Positions 30,937 through 41,600 are shown, counted from the stretch's first letter. The stretch is 64,000 nt of DNA from Microcoleaceae cyanobacterium (GCA_051652765.1 JBOFUV010000008.1:9643-73642); one strand, 5' to 3'. Notes: generated from the letters alone by a model not told the origin. Program-made: numbers and translations.

Positions 30937-32517
30937 TCAACTTCCTGAACCTGCTACAACGCGCAGGGTTTTTAATGTAGAATCCCCGCAGCCTGTGACC
31001 GTTCCACCACATTCCATAACCTGTTTCAGATAGTTGACTGCTTTCGAGGTAATTCGTTCTCCAGGTAACAAAATTGGGATTCCAGGGGGATAAGGACAAA
31101 CACATTCAGTACTCAGCCAACCGATCGCCTGACTCACCAACCGCACTTCTGATTTGGCAAAGAAAGCAGCCCGAGGGAAGACCGGGTCAAAGGCAGACTG
31201 AATCAGGAAGTCAAATCGGAAAAACTCAGAAGTAGAAGGGGCTTGAGTGTAAGCTTGAGCAAGTTGTTCAAACCCCTGAACCAAATGTTGGATATCCTGT
31301 TCCGTATTGCCTAGGCTCACCATAAAAGTCAGGTGACTCAAACTGGGCAGTTCAGCCGTGACTCCGAGTTGTTCATGGAGGATCTCATCTGCAGCATAAC
31401 CACTCAGTCCTAGGCCGGTGACTTTAACTGTCAGACGAGTCGGATCGAGGCCAATGCCCTCAACAGTCTTAACATCTAAACCTGGAAGACCTAGGTATGG
31501 AAGACCTAGGTATGGAAGACCTAAATCTGGAAGACCATGGTCAGGATGTTTGCTCAGTGACTGTTCAAACACGGCAATCCCAGAAATTTTCTGAAGTCCG
31601 GCTTTTGCTTGCTGAGCTAATTGTAACGTTCTCTCCAATAAATATTGACCTTGAGTTGCCATCTGGTGACGGGCCGCGTCCAAGGAGGCTAGGAGTAAGT
31701 AACTGGGACTGGTAGACTGCATCAGTTGCAGCGCTTGACTGAGTCGTTGGCGATCAATGCGATCCCCTTGAACATGCAACATAGACGATTGAGTCATCGC
31801 CCCTAGAACCTTGTGAGTAGACTGAACCGTTAAATCTGCCCCTGCCACTAACGCCGGAGTTGGTAACTTGGGATGAAAAGCAAAATGAGCCCCGTGGGCT
31901 TCATCAACCAAGAGCGGAATATTAGATTGATGAGTGATTTTAGCGATCGCTGCAATATCGCTACAAATTCCCTGATAGGTTGGTGAAACAATCAGCACAG
32001 CCTTAGCATCTGGATGGGCTTGTAGCCCTTGAGCAATAGTCTGAGGCGTGACAGTTCCTACCATGTCCCAGTCTGAATCGTACTCAGGGGTGGTAAAGAT
32101 AGCAGTCGCTCCCGACAGAATCAATCCAGAAATTACTGACTGATGGGCATTCCGGGGAACGATAATTTTAGTTTGATTAGGTCTATGTTCTGGATTGTTT
32201 GCTGTTCCACAAGTTGCCAGGATTGCAGCAACAATTCCAGCCGTGGAACCGTTAACGAGAAACCAGGTTTGCTCGGCTCCAAAGGCTTCGGCTGCAAGCT
32301 CTTGAGCCTGTTGAATGACACCATCCGGAGCAAATAGGTTATCGAGTTCAGGGAGTTCGGGTAAGTCCGCTTGGAACACCTGGGAACCCAGGGAGTCTTT
32401 TAAGCGTTGAGAGATTCCCTGACCGCGTTTGTGTCCCGGTGCATAAAACGGGGCATGGGGTCGTTGAGCGGAGCGGTTCAACTGGTCTAGCAGGGGAACT
32501 TGAGTCTGATCAAGCAT
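30937..32517 (-). CDS. Orn/Lys/Arg decarboxylase family PLP enzyme
   Basis: PGHK, VNGST, DEAHG, QSTHK, STSPSY, PYPPGIP; internal GLPxL repeat at 31483-31536. Confidence 0.9.
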   Translation of the reverse strand: MLDQTQVPLLDQLNRSAQRPHAPFYAPGHKRGQGISQRLKDSLGSQVFQADLPELPELDNLFAPDGVIQQAQELAAEAFGAEQTWFLVNGSTAGIVAAILATCGTANNPEHRPNQTKIIVPRNAHQSVISGLILSGATAIFTTPEYDSDWDMVGTVTPQTIAQGLQAHPDAKAVLIVSPTYQGICSDIAAIAKITHQSNIPLLVDEAHGAHFAFHPKLPTPALVAGADLTVQSTHKVLGAMTQSSMLHVQGDRIDRQRLSQALQLMQSTSPSYLLLASLDAARHQMATQGQYLLERTLQLAQQAKAGLQKISGIAVFEQSLSKHPDHGLPDLGLPYLGLPYLGLPGLDVKTVEGIGLDPTRLTVKVTGLGLSGYAADEILHEQLGVTAELPSLSHLTFMVSLGNTEQDIQHLVQGFEQLAQAYTQAPSTSEFFRFDFLIQSAFDPVFPRAAFFAKSEVRLVSQAIGWLSTECVCPYPPGIPILLPGERITSKAVNYLKQVMECGGTVTGCGDSTLKTLRVVAGSGS

Positions 32518-32568
32518 GGGTTATCCTTCGCGTCGAGTTCGCGTCGAGACTGATTCAGTTTGCAAATT

Positions 32569-32694
32569 GTGAATTTGTATACGTCAACTGACAAATGTCA
32601 ACTTGCAAATGTCAGCTTGTAAGTGTCAACTGACAAGTGTCAGCTTGTATACGTCAACTGACAAGTGTCAGCTTGTAAATATCAACTTGCAAAC
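32569..32694. repeat. 14-bp tandem array, about 9 units (GTCARCTKRYAART-like)
   Basis: Units start at 32583, 32597, 32611, 32625, 32639, 32653, 32667, 32681, plus a degenerate unit at 32569. Confidence 0.85.
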
Positions 32695-32919
32695 GTTAAT
32701 CTTTGATACTCGCCAACGCTGTTCAGAAAGAGAGGACTAAACTTATGAATAGAGAGTGAACCTTAACTGTATAGAACCTTAACTGTATAAATGACAACAG
32801 AATAGCCTATAATGCTGGGACAGATTTTCTGAGGAAAATCCCTGAAAAAAAGTTCTAGATAAAAAGCAGTCCTTGATTTCTTAACACTTTGATGAATTCT
32901 TGGCTACTCAAACTTCCAT

Positions 32920-32946
32920 GTAGTGGCGAGGTAACTTCGCCTGTAC
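32920..32946 (+). repeat. GTAG-type REP-like palindrome
   Basis: GTAG-TGGCGAGGTAACTTCGCC-TGTAC. Confidence 0.5.
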
Positions 32947-33011
32947 CAGGTAAAATTGCCGTAGTAGATCAGTCATTTCATTAATGAATGCCCTCAATTC
33001 TAACCTGAATT

Positions 33012-33713
33012 ATGAATGCAACTAACCTTGACTCGTCAGATCTCCCCTTGCAAAGTGAACCGATTGTTGATGAACCGATTGTTAATGAACCGATTGTTAA
33101 TGAACCGATTGTTAATGAACCGATTGTTAATGAACCGATTATTACGGATGGCAATCCATCCCGCCCAAAAAATCCTAATACTTTTGTCAACAAAGAGGAC
33201 ATTCTAGCAAGGGCAGAGGATCGACGAAATCTATGTCGCATTATGAGCTGGGCCCATATTTACATTTCAGTTCGCTGGTCGAATACTAATTTGTATATCG
33301 GCATTCCTAGCACAATATTCGCGGCGATCGCCAGTGTTCAAGCCATCTCTGAGCTGAATAGTGGAGATACGTCCTTGAAATTGCTCAGCATTTTATTCTC
33401 AGTAATTGTTGCGGGTTTAGCACCACTGTTAACGTTTCTTAATCCCAGTGAAAAGGCCGGAGAGAACAGAGTTGCCTCTCGAGTATACGAACAATTGGCC
33501 GATCGATATGATGCCTTTATTCTCAGATGTCAATTAGAACCTCGCAGCATCCAAGAAGAATTGAATGAATTGGTGCAGATCAACCAGGATTATGTTGAGG
33601 CGAAGAAACCCCTACCTGTAACCCCAGAATGGGCATACCGGAAAGCAAAATCAACTGCCTCTGATCGAGGTACCATAGCTCCAATGGCGACTCAGCACCA
33701 AAGCAAGGCTTAA
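33012..33713 (+). CDS. SLATT-like 2TM effector protein with N-terminal EPIVN repeats
   Basis: AH...W...IGIPSTIFAAI (TM1), VAGLAPLLTFLNPSEKA (TM2), helical C-terminus; 15-bp repeat at 33057-33143. Confidence 0.7.
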   Translation: MNATNLDSSDLPLQSEPIVDEPIVNEPIVNEPIVNEPIVNEPIITDGNPSRPKNPNTFVNKEDILARAEDRRNLCRIMSWAHIYISVRWSNTNLYIGIPSTIFAAIASVQAISELNSGDTSLKLLSILFSVIVAGLAPLLTFLNPSEKAGENRVASRVYEQLADRYDAFILRCQLEPRSIQEELNELVQINQDYVEAKKPLPVTPEWAYRKAKSTASDRGTIAPMATQHQSKA

Positions 33714-33766
33714 ACGCTGACTCACAACCTGTTCTTGATAGGTTTTTGAGCACTTCAAATCTTTGC

Positions 33767-33793
33767 GTAGGGGTGAGGTGACCTTGCCCTTAA
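33767..33793 (+). repeat. GTAG-type REP-like palindrome
   Basis: GTAG-GGGTGAGGTGACCTTGCCC-TTAA; aligns without gaps to 32920-32946. Confidence 0.5.
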
Positions 33794-33814
33794 TCTGATC
33801 AAAATTACAGGTTC

Positions 33815-34465
33815 ATGCAGGTTGATTTAGAAGGATTAGAAATTACTCCAGGAGAACTGCGCCATCTGAGTGGCTTCAGTCCACAGCATTTCTATCGTCC
33901 CGTAACTCGGAAAAAACTGACTTGGGAAGTGAGTAAAACCCTGATCGCAGGAGGATTAACTTTTTTAAGTTATGGAATTCTTTCATTTATTTTCCCAAGC
34001 TATTCTAGGTTGAACCTTTTAATTCATCTAGTGCTTGGGATAGGGTTAATTGTTGATGATGCTTATAAGATACTCACAACATTGACCCATCAAAATTTAA
34101 TCCACATTTTTGAGGATGTTGACCGTTACAATGCCATGGTCAAAGCAGTCGATATTTACGATGAAATTGCTACAGTTGGTGAGACTCAACCTCAGTTAAA
34201 TCATCGATTAGAGGTCTTGAATGCCTTGAGAATTCTCCGAGAGGATTTGGTTCGAGCCTTGAGAACCGAGTGTATTTTGAGAAAAAATCGTCGTTTTTTA
34301 GCCGAGCATCAGGATTTGTTTGTGACTAATTTAAATACTTTAGCAGCCTTGCAAATCAGCGATCGCGCCACTGAACATGGACGGTTACTCAACGAAGCCC
34401 TCAAACTAGCCACAGATATTCAGGCAAAAGTTCAAGAGCTACAAGAGAAACAAATAAAACATTAG
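33815..34465 (+). CDS. Hypothetical 2TM protein with helical C-terminus
   Basis: 216-aa ORF with two hydrophobic segments. Confidence 0.7.
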   Translation: MQVDLEGLEITPGELRHLSGFSPQHFYRPVTRKKLTWEVSKTLIAGGLTFLSYGILSFIFPSYSRLNLLIHLVLGIGLIVDDAYKILTTLTHQNLIHIFEDVDRYNAMVKAVDIYDEIATVGETQPQLNHRLEVLNALRILREDLVRALRTECILRKNRRFLAEHQDLFVTNLNTLAALQISDRATEHGRLLNEALKLATDIQAKVQELQEKQIKH

Positions 34466-34545
34466 AGATATTTGAAAACTCTCACTATTCGTAGCACAAT
34501 GATTGATGAGAAAGTTCCTGAAATTATATTAGATTTATTGCAATC

Positions 34546-37401
34546 TTATAATGGGTAATGCTTCTGAATATAGGCGACTGCCGAAGCGCGATCATCTACA
34601 ACTCCGTCTAGAGTTGCCTTGAGTAAATCTTCTAACATTTGCTTGAACTGACGACCGGGTTGGTAACCCATTTGCTTTAAATCATCTCCATTTAAAGAAG
34701 GCTTAATTCTCCACCAATGGGTTAGATACTGCCGAATTTGGTGGCGAGTTTTGGGAGAACCTTGAGCGGCAATCAAAATTAATGTGGGTAAGTCGTAGGA
34801 CTCCAGAGATTGAGCAATTTCACTAGGAAGTTTACAGTTGGGTAATGATTCCAGCACTGTTGTTTTTACGGCTTCAAAAGTATCTAGTCGTTTACTGGCA
34901 TCAAGGGGAAGTTGAAGATTTTCTACAACTTCTCGACGGTACTCTGGAAGCAAATATACAATTAACCCTTCTAGTCTAATTTGCCAATGGGCTAAGGTTT
35001 TTTCCGAATCAAACTGTTGTAAATAACAATCAATTAAGCGAATCTGCTGCCAAAGTTTATGGGTTAATTCGAGGGTGACATGAATACATTGTAATGCTTT
35101 AAGGTCTCCTAAAAGTTGTAGAGCTAATTTCCAGTAGGGAGCTTGTAGAATATATCTGAGTTCACTTTTGAGGCGTGTTCCTAGGGCCGGAGTCCGTTGA
35201 ACCTTAGTGCTAGAACCATTTAAATATTTCCTAACTTTAGCCTGTTCATAAATTCTACTGTCAATTGCATAGTGAATATAGTTTTTGGTCTGAGCTTCTA
35301 ACTCAAATCCTAATCGTACAGCAAACCGAACTGCTCGATAGATTCGGGTCGGGTCTTCAATGAAACTATTGGCATGAAGGACTCGAATCTGTCGATTTTT
35401 CAAGTCTGCGACTCCACCGAAAAAATCAAGCAATTCTCCAGTATTAGGAGAAGTTAATCTCAAAGCCAAGGCATTAATAGTGAAGTCTCTACGATACAGA
35501 TCTTGACGAATTGAACTGGCTTCAACTTCGGGATTGGCAGCCGGATAGGGATAAAATTCAGTGCGCGCTGTAGCAATATCAATCCAAAGAGATTGGAAAA
35601 TCGGGTCATTATGCCACAACAATGCTACAGTTTGAAATTGACCGTGAATTTCTAAACGTGCCTCAGGATAATCTCGCTGTAATGCTTTTGCTAATGCCAC
35701 AGATGGAGAGATTTCGTGCGATATTTTAGCTTCAGCATTCAATTTTTCTTGGATTTGGCTATTAGAAGTAGTTGCCGCCTCAGGAGTTTGACAGGGATGA
35801 ACTTGGACTGGGTTTGAAGCTTCGTAATAACTATCCACGACTAAATCAAGGTCAGTCAGTAATAAATTTTCCTCTGCACTGGCTAATAACAAGTCCCGTA
35901 CTCCTCCGCCGACCAAATATAACTGCCATCCCTTTTCCTGGGCAAGCTGTGTTAGTCGATCCATCAGTTCTAACAGAGGAGTCACCAAATGGTTCTGAAA
36001 CAGTTCCTGAACTGAATTGCAAGTTACCCCTGGAAGACATCCTTTAAACCCTCCTAAAGTTTGAGCAGTTTGTTGTTGATGTAGCCAGCGCAAAACATCA
36101 GTTCTGGTGACGATTCCAACTAGATTTCCTTGTTCTAAAACGGGTAAACGACCAATATCATAGGTCACCATTAGTGCCTCAATTTCAGGCAAGGTTGTTT
36201 CCGGTGAAATAGTTTTTAACTGTGGGGTCATATAGCCTTTGACTGGGGCATGACTGAAGCCATGATGCAGGGCAATATCAATATCTCGTCTCGAAATAAT
36301 TCCAACTAGTTGATCCTGTTGATTAACAACAGATAACCCCGAATGACCATAGCGCAGTAAAATCCGGTGAGTTGCTTCAATGGTTGTTTGGGGACGAATA
36401 GTTCTCACTGGAGAAGACATTAATTCCTTTGCTGTGGGCGGATGGGGAATTTGGGCAATTAATTCTTCAACGAACTGAAGTAGAATTTTAACCGGATTAA
36501 CCTCTTTTAAAACTACTGATGCCGCTTTTTCATGGCCTCCTCCACCCCAGGGTTTTAAGATTTGATTTAAATCCGTTTTCTTGATACGCGATCGCCCAAT
36601 AACCGTCAATCTATCTCCTCTTTGACCTTTGATTTTATAAGTGTTGCCGACGAAAATTGCATCACTTTCAGTCAGGTCGAGAAGCTCGGAAACCATATTA
36701 GAAAGTCCAGGAATATACTGCTCTGTTTCTAGTAAAATCCAACCAATGGTAAATCCTCGAATGACTTGCTTATTAAGTTGGTTAAACCCAGTCATTAATA
36801 ACTCTTGTAATTGAGGAGACAAACCGGGTTCTATATATTCCGAAATAACGGATGGATTTGCTCCCTGCTGCATTAACCAAGCCAAAGCAAGAACATCTCG
36901 AACCGTGGTGTGATCAAACGTTAAAGAACCTGTATCCACATGAATTCCTAGTGCCATAACTATAGCTTCTGCGGCAGTTAAACTGAGTTGGGTTGCAGGG
37001 TTCAAGTGGTTGAATTCCTGAAGTTTTTCCGCGACTAAGGTTGTTGTTGCACCTATAGGTTCAATATAAGTTTGGCTGGCTGCAATGTTAGATTGGCTGC
37101 TGGGATGATGATCCCAAATTTCAATCTGAGAGACCTGGGGAAGATCTAACCACTCTGCTGTTTTTCCGAGGCGATCACGAGCTTGAGTATCGACAATGGT
37201 TAGCCGATGAATTTGTTCTGGATTGACTGAGCGGCGTTCAATCATGGGAAATTCATCCCGATGTAGGGCTAGAAAATCTCGGACTGGAGGATGACACCCT
37301 CCAGCTAAGACAATTCGGCTGCCCGAATAGATTCGACTGAGTCCAACAGCAGCTCCCAAAGCATCAAAATCAACAGTTGTGTGACAAAGAATAAGATGCA
37401 T
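34546..37401 (-). CDS. DHH-CBS-fused tRNA nucleotidyltransferase (probably the A-adding type)
   Basis: DHH and GGGGH motifs, two CBS domains, GGGVRD..DLDL, RRDFTINA, EDPTRI. Confidence 0.88.
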   Translation of the reverse strand: MHLILCHTTVDFDALGAAVGLSRIYSGSRIVLAGGCHPPVRDFLALHRDEFPMIERRSVNPEQIHRLTIVDTQARDRLGKTAEWLDLPQVSQIEIWDHHPSSQSNIAASQTYIEPIGATTTLVAEKLQEFNHLNPATQLSLTAAEAIVMALGIHVDTGSLTFDHTTVRDVLALAWLMQQGANPSVISEYIEPGLSPQLQELLMTGFNQLNKQVIRGFTIGWILLETEQYIPGLSNMVSELLDLTESDAIFVGNTYKIKGQRGDRLTVIGRSRIKKTDLNQILKPWGGGGHEKAASVVLKEVNPVKILLQFVEELIAQIPHPPTAKELMSSPVRTIRPQTTIEATHRILLRYGHSGLSVVNQQDQLVGIISRRDIDIALHHGFSHAPVKGYMTPQLKTISPETTLPEIEALMVTYDIGRLPVLEQGNLVGIVTRTDVLRWLHQQQTAQTLGGFKGCLPGVTCNSVQELFQNHLVTPLLELMDRLTQLAQEKGWQLYLVGGGVRDLLLASAEENLLLTDLDLVVDSYYEASNPVQVHPCQTPEAATTSNSQIQEKLNAEAKISHEISPSVALAKALQRDYPEARLEIHGQFQTVALLWHNDPIFQSLWIDIATARTEFYPYPAANPEVEASSIRQDLYRRDFTINALALRLTSPNTGELLDFFGGVADLKNRQIRVLHANSFIEDPTRIYRAVRFAVRLGFELEAQTKNYIHYAIDSRIYEQAKVRKYLNGSSTKVQRTPALGTRLKSELRYILQAPYWKLALQLLGDLKALQCIHVTLELTHKLWQQIRLIDCYLQQFDSEKTLAHWQIRLEGLIVYLLPEYRREVVENLQLPLDASKRLDTFEAVKTTVLESLPNCKLPSEIAQSLESYDLPTLILIAAQGSPKTRHQIRQYLTHWWRIKPSLNGDDLKQMGYQPGRQFKQMLEDLLKATLDGVVDDRASAVAYIQKHYPL

Positions 37402-37542
37402 TTTAGTGATTAGTTTCAAACAATAGATGCTAAATAGTTGATTCTAAATTTTGTGTTCATACTCCAAATCAGATCGCTATAACTAACTCTAAAGATTACT
37501 GGTAAGGATTACTTCTGGAAATTTACTTTAATAGCCTTGAGT

Positions 37543-38934
37543 TTAAGTTTGAGAATTAAGACATCTTTTTTTAAGTTTAACCATAAAGAAGCCGTCCATG
37601 TTTTGGCGATGGGGCCAAACTTTAATCCAACCTTCTGAAGTGATTAAATCGGAAGTTTCAAGGCTGGGAATCTCAATATCCCACTGAGGGTTTTGATGAA
37701 GAAAAGACTGAATGACCGTTTCATTTTCTGCTGTATGTAAAGTACAGGTTGCATAGACTAAATAACCTCCAGGTTTTACCCAACTTGCAACTTTGTCTAA
37801 CAGTTTAGTTTGCAGTTCAGCCAGATCTAAGATATTCTTTGGAGTATGTCTCCAGCGAGCATCTGCTCGACGATGGAGTGTCCCCAAGCCAGAACAAGGA
37901 GCATCTAATAAGACTCGATCTGCTGTGGGGTGTTCTGAATGAACATTGAGAATATCTGCTGTTTCAATCTGAATAGATTGTAGCTGGAGTCGTTCTAGAT
38001 TTTGCTTCAATTTTCTTAATCTAGACTCAGCCTTATCAAAGGCAAGAATTATCCCTTGATCTTGCATTAGTTCTGCGATGTGAGTAGTTTTTCCCCCAGG
38101 AGCAGCGCAGGCATCGATGATTAGTTCTCCTGGTTTTGGATCTAAGAGATAGCTTACCAACTGAGCACTGCTATCTTGAACTGTCCACCAACCTTGAGTA
38201 TAACCAGGTAACTTTTGGATCGCTCCCACCCTCCCAATCAATCTTAAAGTATAGGGAAAATTAGGGATTCTTTGAGTTAGAATCTCCCCAGATTGGAAGG
38301 CTGCTTCTACTTCCTCTAAGGTGGTTTTTAAGGGATTAATACGGAGGTCAATCGTTGGAGATTGATTAAACCATTGGCAAAGTTTTTCTGTTTCAACTAG
38401 ACCCAGTTGATCTAACCATAACTGAATGATCCAATTTGGAAAGCTGTGTAAAATACCCAACTTCTCGACTAAATCTTCTGGCCATTGAAAGGCCGGAAAA
38501 AACGGATGACTCTTTTGAGAGTCTGCTTCTGTTTGAGGAAACTTTCGGAGATATTGCCGTAAAATTCCATTCACAAATCCACTCAGTCCAGCCAGCTTGT
38601 TTTCTTTTGCCAATTCAACTGTCGAATTAACTGCGGCAGCAGCAGGAATTTGCGTCAAATAGCCTAATTGATACAATCCAAGATGCAGAATAATTCGTAA
38701 GTCTGGGGATTGTTGAGCAGCAGTTTTCTGGGCAAGTTGATTAATCAAAGCATCGAGCGATCGCCTTCGTCGAACACAGCCATAAACCAGTTCTGTTGCT
38801 AGTCTTCGGTCAACGTTACTTAAATTTGTTTGAGATAAATTTCTATCCAATGAAACGTCAGCAAAAAGCTCCCGCCGATAGATGTCTTGCAGCGTGAGAA
38901 ACGCGAGTTGACGAGGATTGGTACTGAAAATCAC
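37543..38934 (-). CDS. rsmB: 16S rRNA m5C967 methyltransferase
   Basis: NusB-like N-terminus; DACAAPGGKT, DAPCSG, YATCT. Confidence 0.93.
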   Translation of the reverse strand: MIFSTNPRQLAFLTLQDIYRRELFADVSLDRNLSQTNLSNVDRRLATELVYGCVRRRRSLDALINQLAQKTAAQQSPDLRIILHLGLYQLGYLTQIPAAAAVNSTVELAKENKLAGLSGFVNGILRQYLRKFPQTEADSQKSHPFFPAFQWPEDLVEKLGILHSFPNWIIQLWLDQLGLVETEKLCQWFNQSPTIDLRINPLKTTLEEVEAAFQSGEILTQRIPNFPYTLRLIGRVGAIQKLPGYTQGWWTVQDSSAQLVSYLLDPKPGELIIDACAAPGGKTTHIAELMQDQGIILAFDKAESRLRKLKQNLERLQLQSIQIETADILNVHSEHPTADRVLLDAPCSGLGTLHRRADARWRHTPKNILDLAELQTKLLDKVASWVKPGGYLVYATCTLHTAENETVIQSFLHQNPQWDIEIPSLETSDLITSEGWIKVWPHRQNMDGFFMVKLKKRCLNSQT

Positions 38935-39055
38935 AATAAAGTTACAATGAAACTACGATGAAACTACATACGGGGGATCTGACCAAGGAAATCTAACAAA
39001 ATTGACGGGATATGCAAACCATCCTACTTTTAGAGTACAGGTTAGGTTAGCAATC

Positions 39056-40378
39056 ATGCAAAAACTCCCAAAAAGACGGGGGCGATGGATATCTATCCTC
39101 ACAACACTCCAAGGGATGCTTCAAACTCCAAATTTTCCTGAGGCAGGTAACTATGATGCGTGGCGACGTCGCTTCATGCATCATCGGCTGAAATTGGGGT
39201 TTAGGCTAGCAATCCTATGTTACTTCACCTTTATCTCACTTCAACTGAGCTACTTCATTGTTCGCCCCGATAGATTTAGACCAACCTGGTTGCTGATTCA
39301 GGTTGGCATAGAACTTGGCTTTTTCCTAGGTCTGAACTTGTTGCAATCTTCCTTTGGAAAACAACATCCAGGACGTATATTTCTCTTCCTCTCTTGGCTT
39401 GTGACGTTTAGTCCTCAAATCCAGGCTACTTTAGATCAGGTTTATACCTTTTCAATTATTGAATGGCCACTGATGTTTTTCGCTCAAGCTACATTAATTC
39501 CTGTTCGCTGGCGATTACATTTGATTGCTCAAATTAGTGTTTTTTTGTACTCGCTATGGTGTAAATTTTTTCTCAAATTTCCAGTCTATCTACCAGCAAC
39601 ATGGGTGACAGAAGAGTTTGCTATACTCTACTTTTTTTGGATTTGTTTGATTAGCAACCTCTCTGTTTTTTTATATGATCATCTTGCCTCTGCTCAATTT
39701 AATTCCCGTCTAACCTTAGAGGATGCTTTTCGGCAACTCAAAGTGGAGCAAGAGCGTTCTGAAGGGTTGCTACTTAATATTTTGCCTTATCCCATTGCTC
39801 AACGATTAAAACAGAAGCCGACAACGATTGCAGATAGCTTCTCCCACGTCGGAGTTTTATTTGGAGATATTGTGGGGTTCACGGAACTGTCTGGGAAGAT
39901 TTCTCCAGAAGATTTAGTAGAACTTTTGAACCAGATTTTTTCTCAGTTTGATTGTTTGGCAGAACACCATGGCTTGGAAAAAATTAAAACAATTGGGGAT
40001 GCCTACATGGTCGTTTCAGGACTGCCTATTCCTCGAGAAGATTATATAGAGGCGATCGCTGATATGGCGTTAGATATGAAGCAAGTATTGCATCAGTTTA
40101 ATCTTGAAGCAAAGCAAAATTTCCAAATGCGAATTGGGATTGCGGTAGGCCCAGTGATTGCTGGAGTGATTGGGATTAGAAAGTTTACTTATGATCTTTG
40201 GGGCAATACAGTAAATATTGCTAGTCGGATGGAATCCCATGGAATTGCCGATGAAATTCAAGTGACTGATGAGATTTACAAATCTCTGAAAGAGCAATAT
40301 CTCTTTGAGCGTCGAGGCGTGATTGAAATTAAGGGAAAAGGAGAAATGACAACCTATTTATTGAAAGGAAAGTTGTAG
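39056..40378 (+). CDS. Membrane-bound class III adenylate cyclase
   Basis: About 6 TM segments, LLLNILP, DIVGFT, KTIGDAYM, YDLWGNTVNIASRMES. Confidence 0.9.
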   Translation: MQKLPKRRGRWISILTTLQGMLQTPNFPEAGNYDAWRRRFMHHRLKLGFRLAILCYFTFISLQLSYFIVRPDRFRPTWLLIQVGIELGFFLGLNLLQSSFGKQHPGRIFLFLSWLVTFSPQIQATLDQVYTFSIIEWPLMFFAQATLIPVRWRLHLIAQISVFLYSLWCKFFLKFPVYLPATWVTEEFAILYFFWICLISNLSVFLYDHLASAQFNSRLTLEDAFRQLKVEQERSEGLLLNILPYPIAQRLKQKPTTIADSFSHVGVLFGDIVGFTELSGKISPEDLVELLNQIFSQFDCLAEHHGLEKIKTIGDAYMVVSGLPIPREDYIEAIADMALDMKQVLHQFNLEAKQNFQMRIGIAVGPVIAGVIGIRKFTYDLWGNTVNIASRMESHGIADEIQVTDEIYKSLKEQYLFERRGVIEIKGKGEMTTYLLKGKL

Positions 40379-40529
40379 TCGGAGATCATCAACCCCAAAC
40401 ATTAAATTTTTCTAGAGATTTAATGTTTTTAAATATTAAATCTTTCTAGATACTAAATATTACTTTACAAATCTCTTGTACTCGAAGGTAGCTGCTATGC
40501 TGTGAATAGTTCTTGTTAAATTATTCTTG

Positions 40530-40698
40530 TCGCAGTCCTAGAACAGTTTTGTGATCAGTGTAGTTTTGTAATCAGTTACGCATAAAGTTAAAGAGGAGTT
40601 TGGGGACTTTGCCCTCAAGGAGAGGCAACGCATCTTTACCTCATTTCACAAATTATTTCGGGTTAAGATATTCGGGTTAAGATATTCGGGTTGATATA
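40530..40698. mobile_element. MITE-like dispersed repeat, copy 2, with triplicated right end
   Basis: Core shared with 24213-24320; (TTCGGGTTAAGATA)x3 at 40657-40698. Confidence 0.5.
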
Positions 40699-40766
40699 TC
40701 CGTAGAAGTACTTTCCAGTCTGAGCCAACATATCTCAACTCATAATAGCTTTAGGAAGCACGGAAG

Positions 40767-41234
40767 ATGAAGATGAGTGATTGCTGCATGGTTCCCGTTG
40801 TTAAATCTCTGCGGGATTATCAAGCGTATCAGATTAATCCCGACGATCGCAATCGACTTGCGATTGTATTCGATCCCACTGCTGCAAATGCCTCTTTAAC
40901 CGTTTGCGTTGAAATCTTTGAGGCTGGGGCAACCGTTCCGTTTCATCAGCACCGGGTTGCAGTTGAGATGTTTTTTATTCTGAAGGGAGAGGCGATCGCA
41001 GTCTGCGATGGCAAGGCCGTTAAGCTTCAAACTGGAGACAGTATTTTAGTTCCTCCCCAGGGAATTCATAGCCTTGAAAACATTGGTTCAACTCGTCTTT
41101 ATGCTTTATGCATTATGGTTCCCAACGAAGATTTTATTGAACTGATTCGAAACGGGACTGCTGTTAAGCTGGATGAAGAAGACTTGCGGGTTCTCAGTAG
41201 AACCGATAATTTATTCTCGGTTTTACCGAGTTGA
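40767..41234 (+). CDS. Cupin domain protein
   Basis: HQH...EMFFILKG and GD.ILVPP.GIH motifs. Confidence 0.88.
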   Translation: MKMSDCCMVPVVKSLRDYQAYQINPDDRNRLAIVFDPTAANASLTVCVEIFEAGATVPFHQHRVAVEMFFILKGEAIAVCDGKAVKLQTGDSILVPPQGIHSLENIGSTRLYALCIMVPNEDFIELIRNGTAVKLDEEDLRVLSRTDNLFSVLPS

Positions 41235-41348
41235 AACTCTGTAGGCAATCAGCGGATTGAACTTTCTTAAAATTCTTTAAGAATACTGACTGCCTCTGCT
41301 CCTATTTGCTACAACCAAAACAGAGATTGTTTCTCAGGGATCAAAAAA

Positions 41349-41600
41349 ATGAACATGAGATTGGTCGTATTTTCAGGAGTTGTAATGGCAATGCTGGGTT
41401 CGATTTCTGGCCTAGCGGTTTCTAAAATCCATCAGGAGAGATATCAGTGTTGTAGTGATATTACTCGCAAGGTGGATCTAGGATATAGCCAATCTACAAC
41501 TCCTAGGCAGTATGCCGTAGTTGGTGCAGTAATGGGTCTTGGGGCCGGATTGGTGCTAGAAAGCATTCGTCAGGCGCAGCCTGAGGAGATAGAAAAGTAG
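41349..41600 (+). CDS. Small 2TM hypothetical protein
   Basis: Two Gly-rich hydrophobic segments. Confidence 0.6.
   Translation: MNMRLVVFSGVVMAMLGSISGLAVSKIHQERYQCCSDITRKVDLGYSQSTTPRQYAVVGAVMGLGAGLVLESIRQAQPEEIEK

Noticed and set aside
32569..32694. Possible CRISPR array
   Set aside because: Contiguous 14-bp units with no unique spacers, and no cas genes in the window
39056..40378. Cyclase as the signalling partner (Pycsar/CBASS-like) of the SLATT gene
   Set aside because: Ordinary multi-TM class III adenylate cyclase with Lys/Asp ATP-specifying residues, separated from SLATT by housekeeping genes
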